Positions 8,155 through 17,043 of a DNA stretch of 24,000 nucleotides are shown piece by piece. Location of the stretch: NCBI GenBank assembly GCA_963663385.2, contig CAXXXD010000003.1, positions 999,471-1,023,470 of the forward strand. The letters are read 5' to 3'. The DNA comes from Oceanispirochaeta sp. (GTDB lineage: Bacteria; Spirochaetota; Spirochaetia; DSM-2461). The position numbers and the translations under genes are program-made. The notes under the pieces are model-generated. The model searched no databases, was not told where the DNA came from, and saw nothing but the letters and a program-made list of their open reading frames with translations. Within the stretch, counting starts at the first letter, position 1. Each line of letters opens with the position of its first letter.

Positions 8155-9590
8155 TTCAGATTGAAGAAAAATACAGCTACGATGATGTCCTCCTGGTCCC
8201 TTCCTACGCGGATTTTTTACCCAGTGACAGTAATGTCAAAACCCGTCTGGCAGGGGATATCTACCTGAATGCCCCCATTATTTCAGCAGCAATGGATACG
8301 GTAACCGAGTATCAGATGGCTATCGCCCTTGCCCTTGAGGGAGGTGCCGGTGTTATTCACAGAAATCTCCCTCCCCAGGAGCAGGCTGCTCAGGTGGGGC
8401 GTGTTAAACGGTATCTTAACTGGGTTATCGAAAATCCCGTTACGGTTCAACTGGGACAGTCCCTGGGAGAAGTGGACAAGATCATGATGGAAACCGGTGT
8501 CACAGGACTTCCTGTTCTGGATAATGGAAAACTGTGCGGAATTATAACCAACCGGGATATGCGGTTCTGTACGGACTTTTCCATGAAGGTTGAAGACCTG
8601 ATGACCACAAAGATGATTCTTGAGAAAGGAACGCCTTCTGTTGAATCGGCAGAGAAAAAATTCAACGAATACAAGGTTGAAAAACTGCCTGTTGTAGATA
8701 ATCAGGGGCGTCTTACGGGTCTTATCACTGTAACGGATATGGAAAAACACAGAAGTTATCCCGATGCCGCTCTGGATTCCCACGGAAGCCTTATCGCGGG
8801 AGCGGCTGTCTCTCCCAACGATTTTGAACAGAGGATCCCTCTTCTGCTGGAAAAACGCTGTGACTTTGTTGTTCTGGATACGGCCCACGGCAACAGCCTG
8901 AGTGTTGTAAAAGCGGTGGAAGATATCAAGAAGAAATTCAATATAACCGTAATAGGCGGGAATGTTTCCGATGGAGATGGTGCACGGCGTCTGATTGAAG
9001 CGGGGGCTGATGCTGTAAAGGTCGGAGTCGGTCCCGGTTCAATCTGTACAACAAGAATCATAGCCGGAATCGGTGTTCCCCAGCTTTCCGCTGTAATGGA
9101 ATCAGCCGAAGAGGCGGACAAACATAATATTCCTGTAATAGCAGACGGAGGAATCAAGTACTCCGGCGATATCACCAAGGCAGTTGCAGCCGGAGCCAGC
9201 ACTATAATGATTGGAAACCTGTTTGCCGGTCTTAAGGAATCCCCCGGCAAGGAAGTCATCTTTGAAGGGCGAATTTTCAAACAGTATCGCGGGATGGGAT
9301 CTGTCGGTGCAATCAAGGAAGGCAGCGGTGACCGGTACCAGATGAAAAAGGATGATGATCCGGTTCCCGAAGGGATTGAAGGACGTGTTCCCTATAAGGG
9401 CGAACTGAAACCCTATCTCAATCAGCTTGTTACCGGATTGAAAAAAGGTATGGGATATTGCGGATGTCGCAATATTGAGGAATTGCGCTCATATAAAAAG
9501 TTTGTTAAGATTTCCTCTGCCGGTTTGAGAGAGAGTCATGCCCATGATGTGAGCATTACTCAGGAAGCTCCTAATTATAGCCGCTACTAG
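8151..9590 (+). CDS. guaB: IMP dehydrogenase
   Basis: YDDVLLVPSY start, tandem CBS region, catalytic loop GVGPGSICTTR, GGIKYSGD. ATGA overlap with the purB stop. Confidence 0.95.
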   Translation: MIQIEEKYSYDDVLLVPSYADFLPSDSNVKTRLAGDIYLNAPIISAAMDTVTEYQMAIALALEGGAGVIHRNLPPQEQAAQVGRVKRYLNWVIENPVTVQLGQSLGEVDKIMMETGVTGLPVLDNGKLCGIITNRDMRFCTDFSMKVEDLMTTKMILEKGTPSVESAEKKFNEYKVEKLPVVDNQGRLTGLITVTDMEKHRSYPDAALDSHGSLIAGAAVSPNDFEQRIPLLLEKRCDFVVLDTAHGNSLSVVKAVEDIKKKFNITVIGGNVSDGDGARRLIEAGADAVKVGVGPGSICTTRIIAGIGVPQLSAVMESAEEADKHNIPVIADGGIKYSGDITKAVAAGASTIMIGNLFAGLKESPGKEVIFEGRIFKQYRGMGSVGAIKEGSGDRYQMKKDDDPVPEGIEGRVPYKGELKPYLNQLVTGLKKGMGYCGCRNIEELRSYKKFVKISSAGLRESHAHDVSITQEAPNYSRY

Positions 9591-9635
9591 CGTTTACTAT
9601 ACATTCCGGTCCTAGAAAACATTAAGGATGATTAA

Positions 9636-10868
9636 ATGAAACTTGTTGTTATCGGTGCCCAGTGGGGTGACGAAGGCAAGGGTAAAATGGTGGATTACCT
9701 TGCAGAAGATGCGGATCTCGTAGTCAGATTTTCAGGCGGTGCCAACGCCGGTCATACCATTAAGGTAGGAGATCAGACATTTAAACTGCATCTTGTTCCC
9801 GCAGGTATCATCTATCCTGGTAAAATCGTTGCCCTGGGCAATGGCATGGTCATTGATCCTGAGTCTCTGTTTACAGAACTGGCGGGTATCAAGGAACAGG
9901 GGATTAACTGGGAGGGCCGGGTGTTCGTCTCCGACCGGGCACACCTGGTTCTGCCTTCCTATAAGAAAGAAGATCAGGAGATGGAAAGCAGACGGGCCCG
10001 GCCTATCGGTACAACCGGACGCGGAATCGGTGTAGCCTACAGCCGTAAAGCCGATCGGGATGGAATCCGTGTTGCAGACCTGTGGGACTCTGTTATCTGG
10101 GAATCCATGACAGAAGAGGACCGGAACTGGATTCAGCCGTATAAAGACCTTCTCAAAGACATGAAGGTTAATATGGCTGGGTTCATGATGAGAAATAAAG
10201 ACAAGCAAATCCTTCTGGAAGGAGCCCAGGGAGCTCTTCTGGATCTGGATCATGGTACCTATCCCTATGTTTCTTCAGGTATCTCTACCTGTTCCGGCGC
10301 GGCGCTGGGTGCCTCAATCGGTCCCAAGCATATCGATAAAGCCCTGGGTGTATTCAAGGCGTATCAGACAAGAGTCGGGAACGGACCTTTCCCTACGGAA
10401 ATGCTGAAAGAAGGTCCCGAACTGGATTTGGGAAATACGCTGAGAGAGCTGGGTCATGAGTACGGAACCACAACAGGCCGTCCAAGACGGATCGGTTACC
10501 TTGATCTGGTAGCTCTTAAATATGCCGGATGGGTAAATAGTCTGGATGGTTTCATTCTGTCTCATCTCAACCTGTACGACGGTTTTGATCAGATGGAAGT
10601 CTGTGTAGCCTACGAGATCGACGGAGTGGAAACGACGGATTTTCCCTCTTCAACGGTTGATCTGGATAAGGTAAAACCAGTGCTGAAATCTCTGCCCGGC
10701 TGGGAAGGAAAGGTAGGAGACGCCCGTTGCTGGGATGATATACCAGAAGGGGCAAAAGCCGTTGTGAAATTTATTGAAGATTATACAAATATTCCCGTGG
10801 CCGGGTATTCTGTCGGTCCTCTGAGGGATGAAACATTTATGAAGGAGCCTGCGTGGATAAAATCCTGA
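9636..10868 (+). CDS. purA: Adenylosuccinate synthetase
   Basis: GAQWGDEGKGK P-loop, GTTGRGIG, GTTTGRPRR motifs. AAGGATGA RBS upstream. Confidence 0.95.
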   Translation: MKLVVIGAQWGDEGKGKMVDYLAEDADLVVRFSGGANAGHTIKVGDQTFKLHLVPAGIIYPGKIVALGNGMVIDPESLFTELAGIKEQGINWEGRVFVSDRAHLVLPSYKKEDQEMESRRARPIGTTGRGIGVAYSRKADRDGIRVADLWDSVIWESMTEEDRNWIQPYKDLLKDMKVNMAGFMMRNKDKQILLEGAQGALLDLDHGTYPYVSSGISTCSGAALGASIGPKHIDKALGVFKAYQTRVGNGPFPTEMLKEGPELDLGNTLRELGHEYGTTTGRPRRIGYLDLVALKYAGWVNSLDGFILSHLNLYDGFDQMEVCVAYEIDGVETTDFPSSTVDLDKVKPVLKSLPGWEGKVGDARCWDDIPEGAKAVVKFIEDYTNIPVAGYSVGPLRDETFMKEPAWIKS

Positions 10869-12406
10869 TTCTCGATTTCGGCGGACAGACCTGTCAGCTG
10901 ATCGGACGTAGAATACGTGATTTTGGCGTTTTTTCTGAAATCGTTCCGGGGGATGTCGCCCTGACGGATGAAATAGTGACTCCGGATGTGAAGGGAATTA
11001 TCCTTTCAGGATCCCCCTGTTCAGTATATGAAGAGGGGGCGCCCGCTCCGGATCCAAAGGTATTTGAACTGGGACTGCCGCTTCTGGGGATCTGTTACGG
11101 ATTTCAGAGGATGACTCAGCATTTCGGCGGGGAAGTGCTCCCCCTGGAGCATAAAGAGTACGGCCGGACCAAAGTTCATCATCTTGAGGAATCTCCCCTT
11201 ACCCGCGGGATTCCCGATAACTTCCTTTCATGGATGAGCCACGGAGACAGTCTGAACAGGCTGGCTCCCGGATTTACTCTGATCGGCAGAAGTGAAAACG
11301 ATCATCCCGCTATCGGCTGGGATAAAGACAGAAACTTTTACGGCATACAGTTCCATCCCGAAGTAACCCACTGCGATTTCGGAAACAAGCTGCTGGAGAA
11401 CTTCTGCTGCGGTATTTGCGGAGCCGCAAAGGACTGGACTCTTGACCTGTTTATCGGGCAGGTGAGTGAACGGATCCGCAGTCAGGTAGGGAAGGAGAAG
11501 GTTCTTCTTCTCATTTCAGGCGGTGTGGATTCTACTGTGGCGGGTGGTCTCCTGCTGAAGATCCTCGATCCCGAACAGGTTTATCTGATGTACATAGATA
11601 CCGGTATGATGCGAAAGGGCGAGTCGGAAGAAGTAGCAGTCAATCTGAAGAAACTGGGAGCGACCCACCTTCACCTTATTGATGCGCGGGATAGATTCCT
11701 TGATCCTTTGAAGGGGGTTTCCGATCCCGAGGAAAAAAGAAAAATCATCGGGGACCGATTTATCCATGTGCAGGAAGAGGAAGTTGAGAAGCACATCAGC
11801 GGGAATTATTACCTGGCTCAGGGAACCCTCTACACAGACCTGATTGAATCCGGTAAAGGGGTGGGGAATAAGGCGAATGTGATTAAATCGCATCATAATG
11901 TAGGTTCTCCCCTTGTAGAAGCGAAAAGACAGGCCGGTCTGATTGTTGAGCCTCTGGATATGCTCTATAAAGACGAAGTGCGAAAGCTGGGTTTGAAGCT
12001 GGGTATTTCCGAAGATATCGTTTTCCGCCATCCCTTTCCCGGACCCGGTCTGGGAATAAGGATTATCGGTGATGTATCCGCCGAAAAATGCCGGATTCTG
12101 AGGGATGCGGATTACATCTATATTTCCGAGCTGAAAAAACGCAACCTGTATAATGAAATCTGGCAGGCTTTTTCTGTGCTGCTGCCGGTTCGTTCCGTCG
12201 GTGTAACCGGTGATGCCCGTGATTATGGATTTGTACTGGCCCTGAGAGCTGTCGTTTCCCATGACGGAATGACCGCCGACGTATATGACTTTCCAACTAA
12301 GGATCTTCTGGAGATTTCCTCCAAGATTACAAACCTTGTTCCGGAAGTCGGACGGGTTGTCTATGATATATCATCCAAACCTCCTGCCACGATCGAGTGG
12401 GAGTAG
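10853..12406 (+). CDS. guaA: GMP synthase (glutamine-hydrolysing)
   Basis: GTG start overlapping purA by 16 nt. GATase domain (LGICYGFQ, HPE), ATP-PPase loop SGGVDS, and a C-terminal dimerisation end PPATIEWE. Confidence 0.95.
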   Translation: MDKILILDFGGQTCQLIGRRIRDFGVFSEIVPGDVALTDEIVTPDVKGIILSGSPCSVYEEGAPAPDPKVFELGLPLLGICYGFQRMTQHFGGEVLPLEHKEYGRTKVHHLEESPLTRGIPDNFLSWMSHGDSLNRLAPGFTLIGRSENDHPAIGWDKDRNFYGIQFHPEVTHCDFGNKLLENFCCGICGAAKDWTLDLFIGQVSERIRSQVGKEKVLLLISGGVDSTVAGGLLLKILDPEQVYLMYIDTGMMRKGESEEVAVNLKKLGATHLHLIDARDRFLDPLKGVSDPEEKRKIIGDRFIHVQEEEVEKHISGNYYLAQGTLYTDLIESGKGVGNKANVIKSHHNVGSPLVEAKRQAGLIVEPLDMLYKDEVRKLGLKLGISEDIVFRHPFPGPGLGIRIIGDVSAEKCRILRDADYIYISELKKRNLYNEIWQAFSVLLPVRSVGVTGDARDYGFVLALRAVVSHDGMTADVYDFPTKDLLEISSKITNLVPEVGRVVYDISSKPPATIEWE

Positions 12407-13065
12407 ATTTGTTCAAATGCCACTTTGATAAAAATGTCCGGTTCGTGTCGGGCATTTTTTATTTGCTCCTTTTTTGGGGCGTCAACCTGTTTTCCCAGTC
12501 TTCCGTCCTCTATAAAAGTGAAGTCAGGACCAGGTTAACCCGTGATGAGGGGTATGTAACCAATGGGGCGGTTCTTCTGGATGTCAATCCGGAAATCATA
12601 ACAGAAACCATGTCCAAGCTATCCATTGTTGAACAATGGCTCCTTGAGGGGATGGGAGAAGAGTCTGCCCGGAGAAATAAACTTAAAGTGGCCTTGATTT
12701 CCCTGAATCGTAACCCTGAAAACGATAATTCCTGTACTGTAAATTTCTCTCTGCTTGTTACAAAACACTGGCTGATAAGGAACCAGAATATGGATGTGAC
12801 CATTGAGGTTCTTCCGGAAAAAAAATCAGGCTGGATTAACAGAATAATCTATGATCTTCCCTTAAAAAGTCTTTTCATCAAGGAAGGCGGCTATACAGTT
12901 TATATTATCAGCATGGGTAGGGGGCGCTCTCTATTAGTGTATAATTTCACAGTTCATCTTGCGGGAATCCCGGAACAGCTTTTCAGTAAAAAGCTTTACA
13001 AACAGAATATTGAGTGGTATATAAACCAGATTCAGAATAACTGTATTAATTTCCTCCAGGAATAG
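12397..13065 (+). CDS. Hypothetical protein (start uncertain)
   Basis: Long ORF with protein-like composition and no motif I recognise. There is no in-frame ATG near the 5' end; candidates are GTG 12397, TTG 12409 and TTG 12463. The first ~20 codons coincide with the guaA terminator. Confidence 0.45.
   Translation: MGVDLFKCHFDKNVRFVSGIFYLLLFWGVNLFSQSSVLYKSEVRTRLTRDEGYVTNGAVLLDVNPEIITETMSKLSIVEQWLLEGMGEESARRNKLKVALISLNRNPENDNSCTVNFSLLVTKHWLIRNQNMDVTIEVLPEKKSGWINRIIYDLPLKSLFIKEGGYTVYIISMGRGRSLLVYNFTVHLAGIPEQLFSKKLYKQNIEWYINQIQNNCINFLQE
12431..12465 (+). terminator. Intrinsic terminator of the purB-guaB-purA-guaA operon
   Basis: ATGTCCG (12434-12440) pairs with CGGGCAT (12449-12455) around an 8-nt loop. 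It is flanked by an A run upstream and TTTTTTATTT downstream, 25 nt after the guaA stop. Confidence 0.7.
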
Positions 13066-13182
13066 ACTTTATCTCCCTCCTTTACTCTGATATCAAAAAA
13101 GAAAGAACATTCATTAAAATACTTGTTTTTCAAATTTACCTATCAGATAATTAAATAAGAAATATATGACGTATGATTATTA

Positions 13183-13212
13183 TTGATAAATCGATTTTGC
13201 CTGTTTAATAAT
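13183..13212 (+). promoter_or_regulatory. Sigma-70-like promoter upstream of the sensor operon
   Basis: TTGATA (13183-13188), 18 nt, then AATAAT (13207-12) in an AT-rich gap. The -10 ends only ~9 nt before ATG 13221. Confidence 0.35.
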
Positions 13213-13220
13213 GGTATCGC

Positions 13221-15407
13221 ATGTATCCGTCGGGGAGGATTGGTATCAAACGTTTCGGTTTGAAGAAAAACTTCATTCAGACAAATTTTTTAATAACCCT
13301 CGGAATATTGTTGATGGTAGTGCTGTCATTTGGCTATTTATGGATAAAGGATAATTTAAAAAACTACGATAGAGAAATCCGGTATATCGAGCAGCTGTAT
13401 ATTGATGCCAAAAAAGCCCAGATTAAGGATAACACAGAAAATACCATGAACTATATCAAGTCAGTGGAGGAATCCCTTGGACCGGATATCCAGTATGAAC
13501 TGAAATCTCAGGTGGATAAGGCTTTTCAGTTTGTCCGAGCTGCCTATGAAAACATGGCCGATACGGTAACGGGAGAAGAAATCAGCTCCATTGTTGCCGA
13601 AACATTGAGACTGCAGCGTTTTGATAATAATCCGGGATATTTCTTTATATACCGGATGGATGGGTTCTGCCTTCTGAATACAGCTGATTCCCGGCTTGAA
13701 AATACATATGACTCATTTCATTACAGAGATATAAATGGCGCGTATCCCTTAAAATCCATGATTGAACTCCTTGAAACTGACAATGAAGGTTACTTTGATT
13801 ACTATTATATAAAACCGGGCGGAAGCAGTCAGGAGGCCAAAAAATCCTATATCAGGAAATTTGAAGCTCTGGACTGGTTCCTGGGTTGCGGGATGTATAT
13901 TGATTCTATTCAGCTGGCAAAACAAAACGAAGTTCTGCGGACAGTAAGAGAGGACCATCTTATCAATCAGGAACCCTACAGGATTTTCGATACACAGTAT
14001 AACTGCCTTCTTGATCCCTATCATCCGGCCAACGAAGGCAGGAACATAAAGGAGATAGACGACAGGGCGGTTTTTGAAATCCTGCAGGGAACAGTAGCTT
14101 CCCTGGGAACAGATGGAGCAATCCGAAGCCGGTTCTGGGATGACCGGGGGACTCCGGACAGAGAAAACCGGAATATAACCTATACATCCGTATTCCCCGA
14201 ATGGAACTGGATTATTATCGCCGAAGATTCCCTTTATGATATTGAATATTATGTGGCATTGAAAAAACGTGAGCTGAAAGGCTCTATCCTTAACAAGATA
14301 CGTCGTGTCTTTGTATTAATGATTCTCTCCATGGGAACAGCCGCCTTCCTGTTTCACAAAATGTCCCGGCATTTTAAAAGAAGCATTGAACTCTTTATGC
14401 AGTTTTTAAAAAAAGCCAGCAGGGAAAATGTTCTGATCGATACAGGACAGATCCATTATGATGAGTTCAAACTGCTCTCCCGGATGGCAAACAGAATGGT
14501 AAAAAATCTGAAATCCACCCAGGAAGAGTTAAATCAAAGCCGTACTTTTTATCAGCATATACTGGATACATCCCCCATTATCTTTTATGTCAAAGATGAA
14601 AAGGGAGCCTTTATTCAGGTTAACGACGCCTTTGTAAAGATCAGCAGTACAGGCAGGGACGGGATTATCGGTCAGAGCAACGCCGGTATATTCCAAAAGG
14701 CGGATGCCGCTGAATGGAATGCAATCGATAACAGGGTGCATCAGACAGGGGTGGAAGAATCTCATGAATTAAGTCTGATGGTTAAGGGGGAGCCCCACAC
14801 CTTTCTGAAATATTACTCTCCGGTCTATCGAAACGATAAAAAAACGGTGGATTATGCAGGCTGGGCAATAGATATTACAGACCGCAAGGAAATCGAATCC
14901 AGACTGGAGGAGAGCGAACTGAGGCTGAAGAAAATCATAAGCTGCATTGATACGGGAATTATAATCATTGATCCGGAAACCCGCAGGATAACTGATGCAA
15001 ATCCGGCAGCGGTAAGGATGTTCGGGGCTTCCAGGAAAAACCTGATAGGACAGATGTGTCATAACCATATCTGCCCGCGCGAGTATGAGAACTGCCCTAT
15101 TCTGGACAGGCATCAGAAAATCAACAAAACGGAAGCCGGCTTTATTACCAGTACGGGAGAAGCCCTTCCCATTATGAAAACAATTGTACCGATTACGATT
15201 AAGGGGAAAAATCTGCTGCTGGAGAGTTTCTATGATTTGAGCAGGCAGAAGGAGGCTGAGCAGAAGCTGAAACTCAATATCAGGGAACTGGAAGAGTTCA
15301 ACCGTTTTACTATTAACAGAGAGGAGCGGATGATTGAACTGAAACAGGAAATAAACCAATTATATGCCCGGATGAATAAGGGTATAAAGTATAAGATTGT
15401 CATGTGA
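13221..15407 (+). CDS. Membrane sensor: TM - double Cache-like periplasmic domain - TM - HAMP-like linker - 2 PAS domains - coiled coil; no recognisable output domain
   Basis: Two hydrophobic segments (FLITLGILLMVVLSFGYLW; VFVLMILSMGTAAFLF) bracket ~300 aa with a Cache signature (GYFFIYRMDGFCLLN). PAS S-box-like segments follow (ILDTSPIIFYVKDEKG...; IDTGIIIIDPETRRITDANPAA). The C-terminal coiled coil is LEEFNRFTINREERMIELKQEINQL. Confidence 0.85.
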   Translation: MYPSGRIGIKRFGLKKNFIQTNFLITLGILLMVVLSFGYLWIKDNLKNYDREIRYIEQLYIDAKKAQIKDNTENTMNYIKSVEESLGPDIQYELKSQVDKAFQFVRAAYENMADTVTGEEISSIVAETLRLQRFDNNPGYFFIYRMDGFCLLNTADSRLENTYDSFHYRDINGAYPLKSMIELLETDNEGYFDYYYIKPGGSSQEAKKSYIRKFEALDWFLGCGMYIDSIQLAKQNEVLRTVREDHLINQEPYRIFDTQYNCLLDPYHPANEGRNIKEIDDRAVFEILQGTVASLGTDGAIRSRFWDDRGTPDRENRNITYTSVFPEWNWIIIAEDSLYDIEYYVALKKRELKGSILNKIRRVFVLMILSMGTAAFLFHKMSRHFKRSIELFMQFLKKASRENVLIDTGQIHYDEFKLLSRMANRMVKNLKSTQEELNQSRTFYQHILDTSPIIFYVKDEKGAFIQVNDAFVKISSTGRDGIIGQSNAGIFQKADAAEWNAIDNRVHQTGVEESHELSLMVKGEPHTFLKYYSPVYRNDKKTVDYAGWAIDITDRKEIESRLEESELRLKKIISCIDTGIIIIDPETRRITDANPAAVRMFGASRKNLIGQMCHNHICPREYENCPILDRHQKINKTEAGFITSTGEALPIMKTIVPITIKGKNLLLESFYDLSRQKEAEQKLKLNIRELEEFNRFTINREERMIELKQEINQLYARMNKGIKYKIVM

Positions 15408-15421
15408 TAAGGAGCCTTGTT

Positions 15422-16225
15422 ATGAAGAAAAGTGTACGGGAAGATTCTCTGGGAGATGAACTGTCAAATAAAGTACTGGATCAGCTTCCTACGCCGGTAA
15501 TGGCTATAGATAAAGATTATAATTTAATTTTTATGAATCAGGCCGGATTTAACTTTCTGGGAAGAAGCTGGGACGAAATAGCCGGGAAAAAATGTTATGA
15601 TGTTTTCTGTTCAGAGCACTGTGGAACGGATGATTGTCGCATGCGCGCTGTTATGAAGGGAGAAGATCCTGAAACAGTCAGAAATAACATTAAAATCAAA
15701 GATACGGTAGTGCCAATCGAGTATACGGCGGACTCTCTGAAAGACAGTGAGGGGAATGCTATCGGCGGGCTGGAGTATATTATCGATATTACTGAAACTG
15801 TAAAAAAAGAGCAGAAACTTAAACAGCAGAGCAGAACCATTATGGAAATCTCCACACCGGTTATCAAGCTTTGGGATAGAATCCTTATTCTTCCGATTGT
15901 GGGTGTGGTGGATTCTTTCCGGGCTATGCAGATGATGGATACCATGCTGAACAAACTGAAGGAAACTTCATCAAAAATCATTATTCTGGATATTCAGGGT
16001 GTGGCGGCAGTCGATACGGCAGTGGCGAACCACCTGATAAAGATTGCAAAAGCAACCAGGCTTATGGGTTGTCAGTGTATTATTTCCGGAATATCTCCTG
16101 CAGTCGCGCAGACCCTTGTACAGCTGGGAATTGAAATGGTGAATATTCTGACCACATCGGATTTGCAGGAAGCTCTTGCTGACGCTTTTGAAATAATGAA
16201 TTTTGAAGTAAAGAAGAGGGAATGA
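15422..16225 (+). CDS. RsbR-like stressosome protein (N-terminal PAS sensor + C-terminal STAS)
   Basis: AAGGAG lies 7 nt before ATG 15422. The STAS block STPVIKLWDRILILPIVGVVDSFRA...ILDIQGVAAVDTAVANH...GISPAVAQTLVQLGI closely follows the RsbR C-domain pattern. S165 and T199 sit 34 residues apart, like B. subtilis T171/T205. Confidence 0.88.
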   Translation: MKKSVREDSLGDELSNKVLDQLPTPVMAIDKDYNLIFMNQAGFNFLGRSWDEIAGKKCYDVFCSEHCGTDDCRMRAVMKGEDPETVRNNIKIKDTVVPIEYTADSLKDSEGNAIGGLEYIIDITETVKKEQKLKQQSRTIMEISTPVIKLWDRILILPIVGVVDSFRAMQMMDTMLNKLKETSSKIIILDIQGVAAVDTAVANHLIKIAKATRLMGCQCIISGISPAVAQTLVQLGIEMVNILTTSDLQEALADAFEIMNFEVKKRE

Positions 16226-16229
16226 AAAA

Positions 16230-16625
16230 TTGAGTCTGGATAATTTCAATAATAGTGAAGATTTACTCAATATAGGACTATATGAAATGGGTTTTTCCTT
16301 GATTGTTCCTGTTCCGGACATGATTGATCCAAGGTCTGCCGGGAAAATGCTGCAGAAAGTTATGCAGGAGATAGACAGGAGAAGATACAGGAAAGTTGTT
16401 ATCGATATTTCTGCCGTTTCTGTTCTGGACAGGATGTCATTTAAAATACTGCAGGATATTGCTAAAGGAGCGGAGCTTATGGGAGCCAGGACAGTATTCA
16501 TCGGAGTTCAGCCGGGGGTTGCCTCTGCTATGGTGGAACTTGTAGCGGATGTGGATACAATTGTCAGCGCTCCGACATTGAATGAAGGTCTCGCCATACT
16601 GGAAGGAAATCATGGTAATGGGTAG
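16230..16625 (+). CDS. RsbS-like single-STAS protein
   Basis: TTG start 4 nt after the upstream stop. VVIDISAVSVLDRMSFKILQDIAKGAELMGARTVFIGVQPGVASAMVEL aligns without gaps to the RsbS/RsbR STAS core. Confidence 0.85.
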   Translation: MSLDNFNNSEDLLNIGLYEMGFSLIVPVPDMIDPRSAGKMLQKVMQEIDRRRYRKVVIDISAVSVLDRMSFKILQDIAKGAELMGARTVFIGVQPGVASAMVELVADVDTIVSAPTLNEGLAILEGNHGNG

Positions 16626-17043
16626 GGATAAAAACTGCCTGACCGAGATTTGTGAAACCATTGAAGATTCGGCAGATGTGGCAAATGTTGTTATCCTTGC
16701 CAGAGAATTTGCCGCGGATCTGGGATTCTCTCAAACAGATCAGCATCTGGTTGCTACGGCTGTTTCGGAATTGACTACCAATATTGTGCATTATGCAGGC
16801 AGGGGGAAACTGACGATACAGGAGATCTCATCGCCGAAAAATGTCGGCCTTCAGATTATCTGTGAGGATAGGGGGCCGGGAATCGCTGATATAGAAATGG
16901 CGTTAACCGACGAATATTCCACAGGAGAGAGTCTTGGTATGGGTTTACCCAGTGTTAAGAGACTCATGGATTATTTTGAAATAGAAACTGAACCTCAGGC
17001 AGGAACGCGCGTTATGATCCGGAAGTGGAGAGATTCCAATTGA
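16612..17043 (+). CDS. RsbT-like anti-sigma-type serine protein kinase (GHKL/HATPase_c_2)
   Basis: ATG 16612 follows GGAAGGA and overlaps the RsbS-like gene by 14 nt. N box SELTTNIVHYA, G1 EDRGPGI, G2 GMGLPSVKRLMD. Confidence 0.88.
   Translation: MVMGRDKNCLTEICETIEDSADVANVVILAREFAADLGFSQTDQHLVATAVSELTTNIVHYAGRGKLTIQEISSPKNVGLQIICEDRGPGIADIEMALTDEYSTGESLGMGLPSVKRLMDYFEIETEPQAGTRVMIRKWRDSN

Noticed and set aside
8283-12262. Minus-strand ORFs 8283-8888, 8756-9316, 9732-10253 and 11516-12262
   Set aside because: All lie antisense within unmistakable guaB/purA/guaA coding sequence and have no recognisable features.
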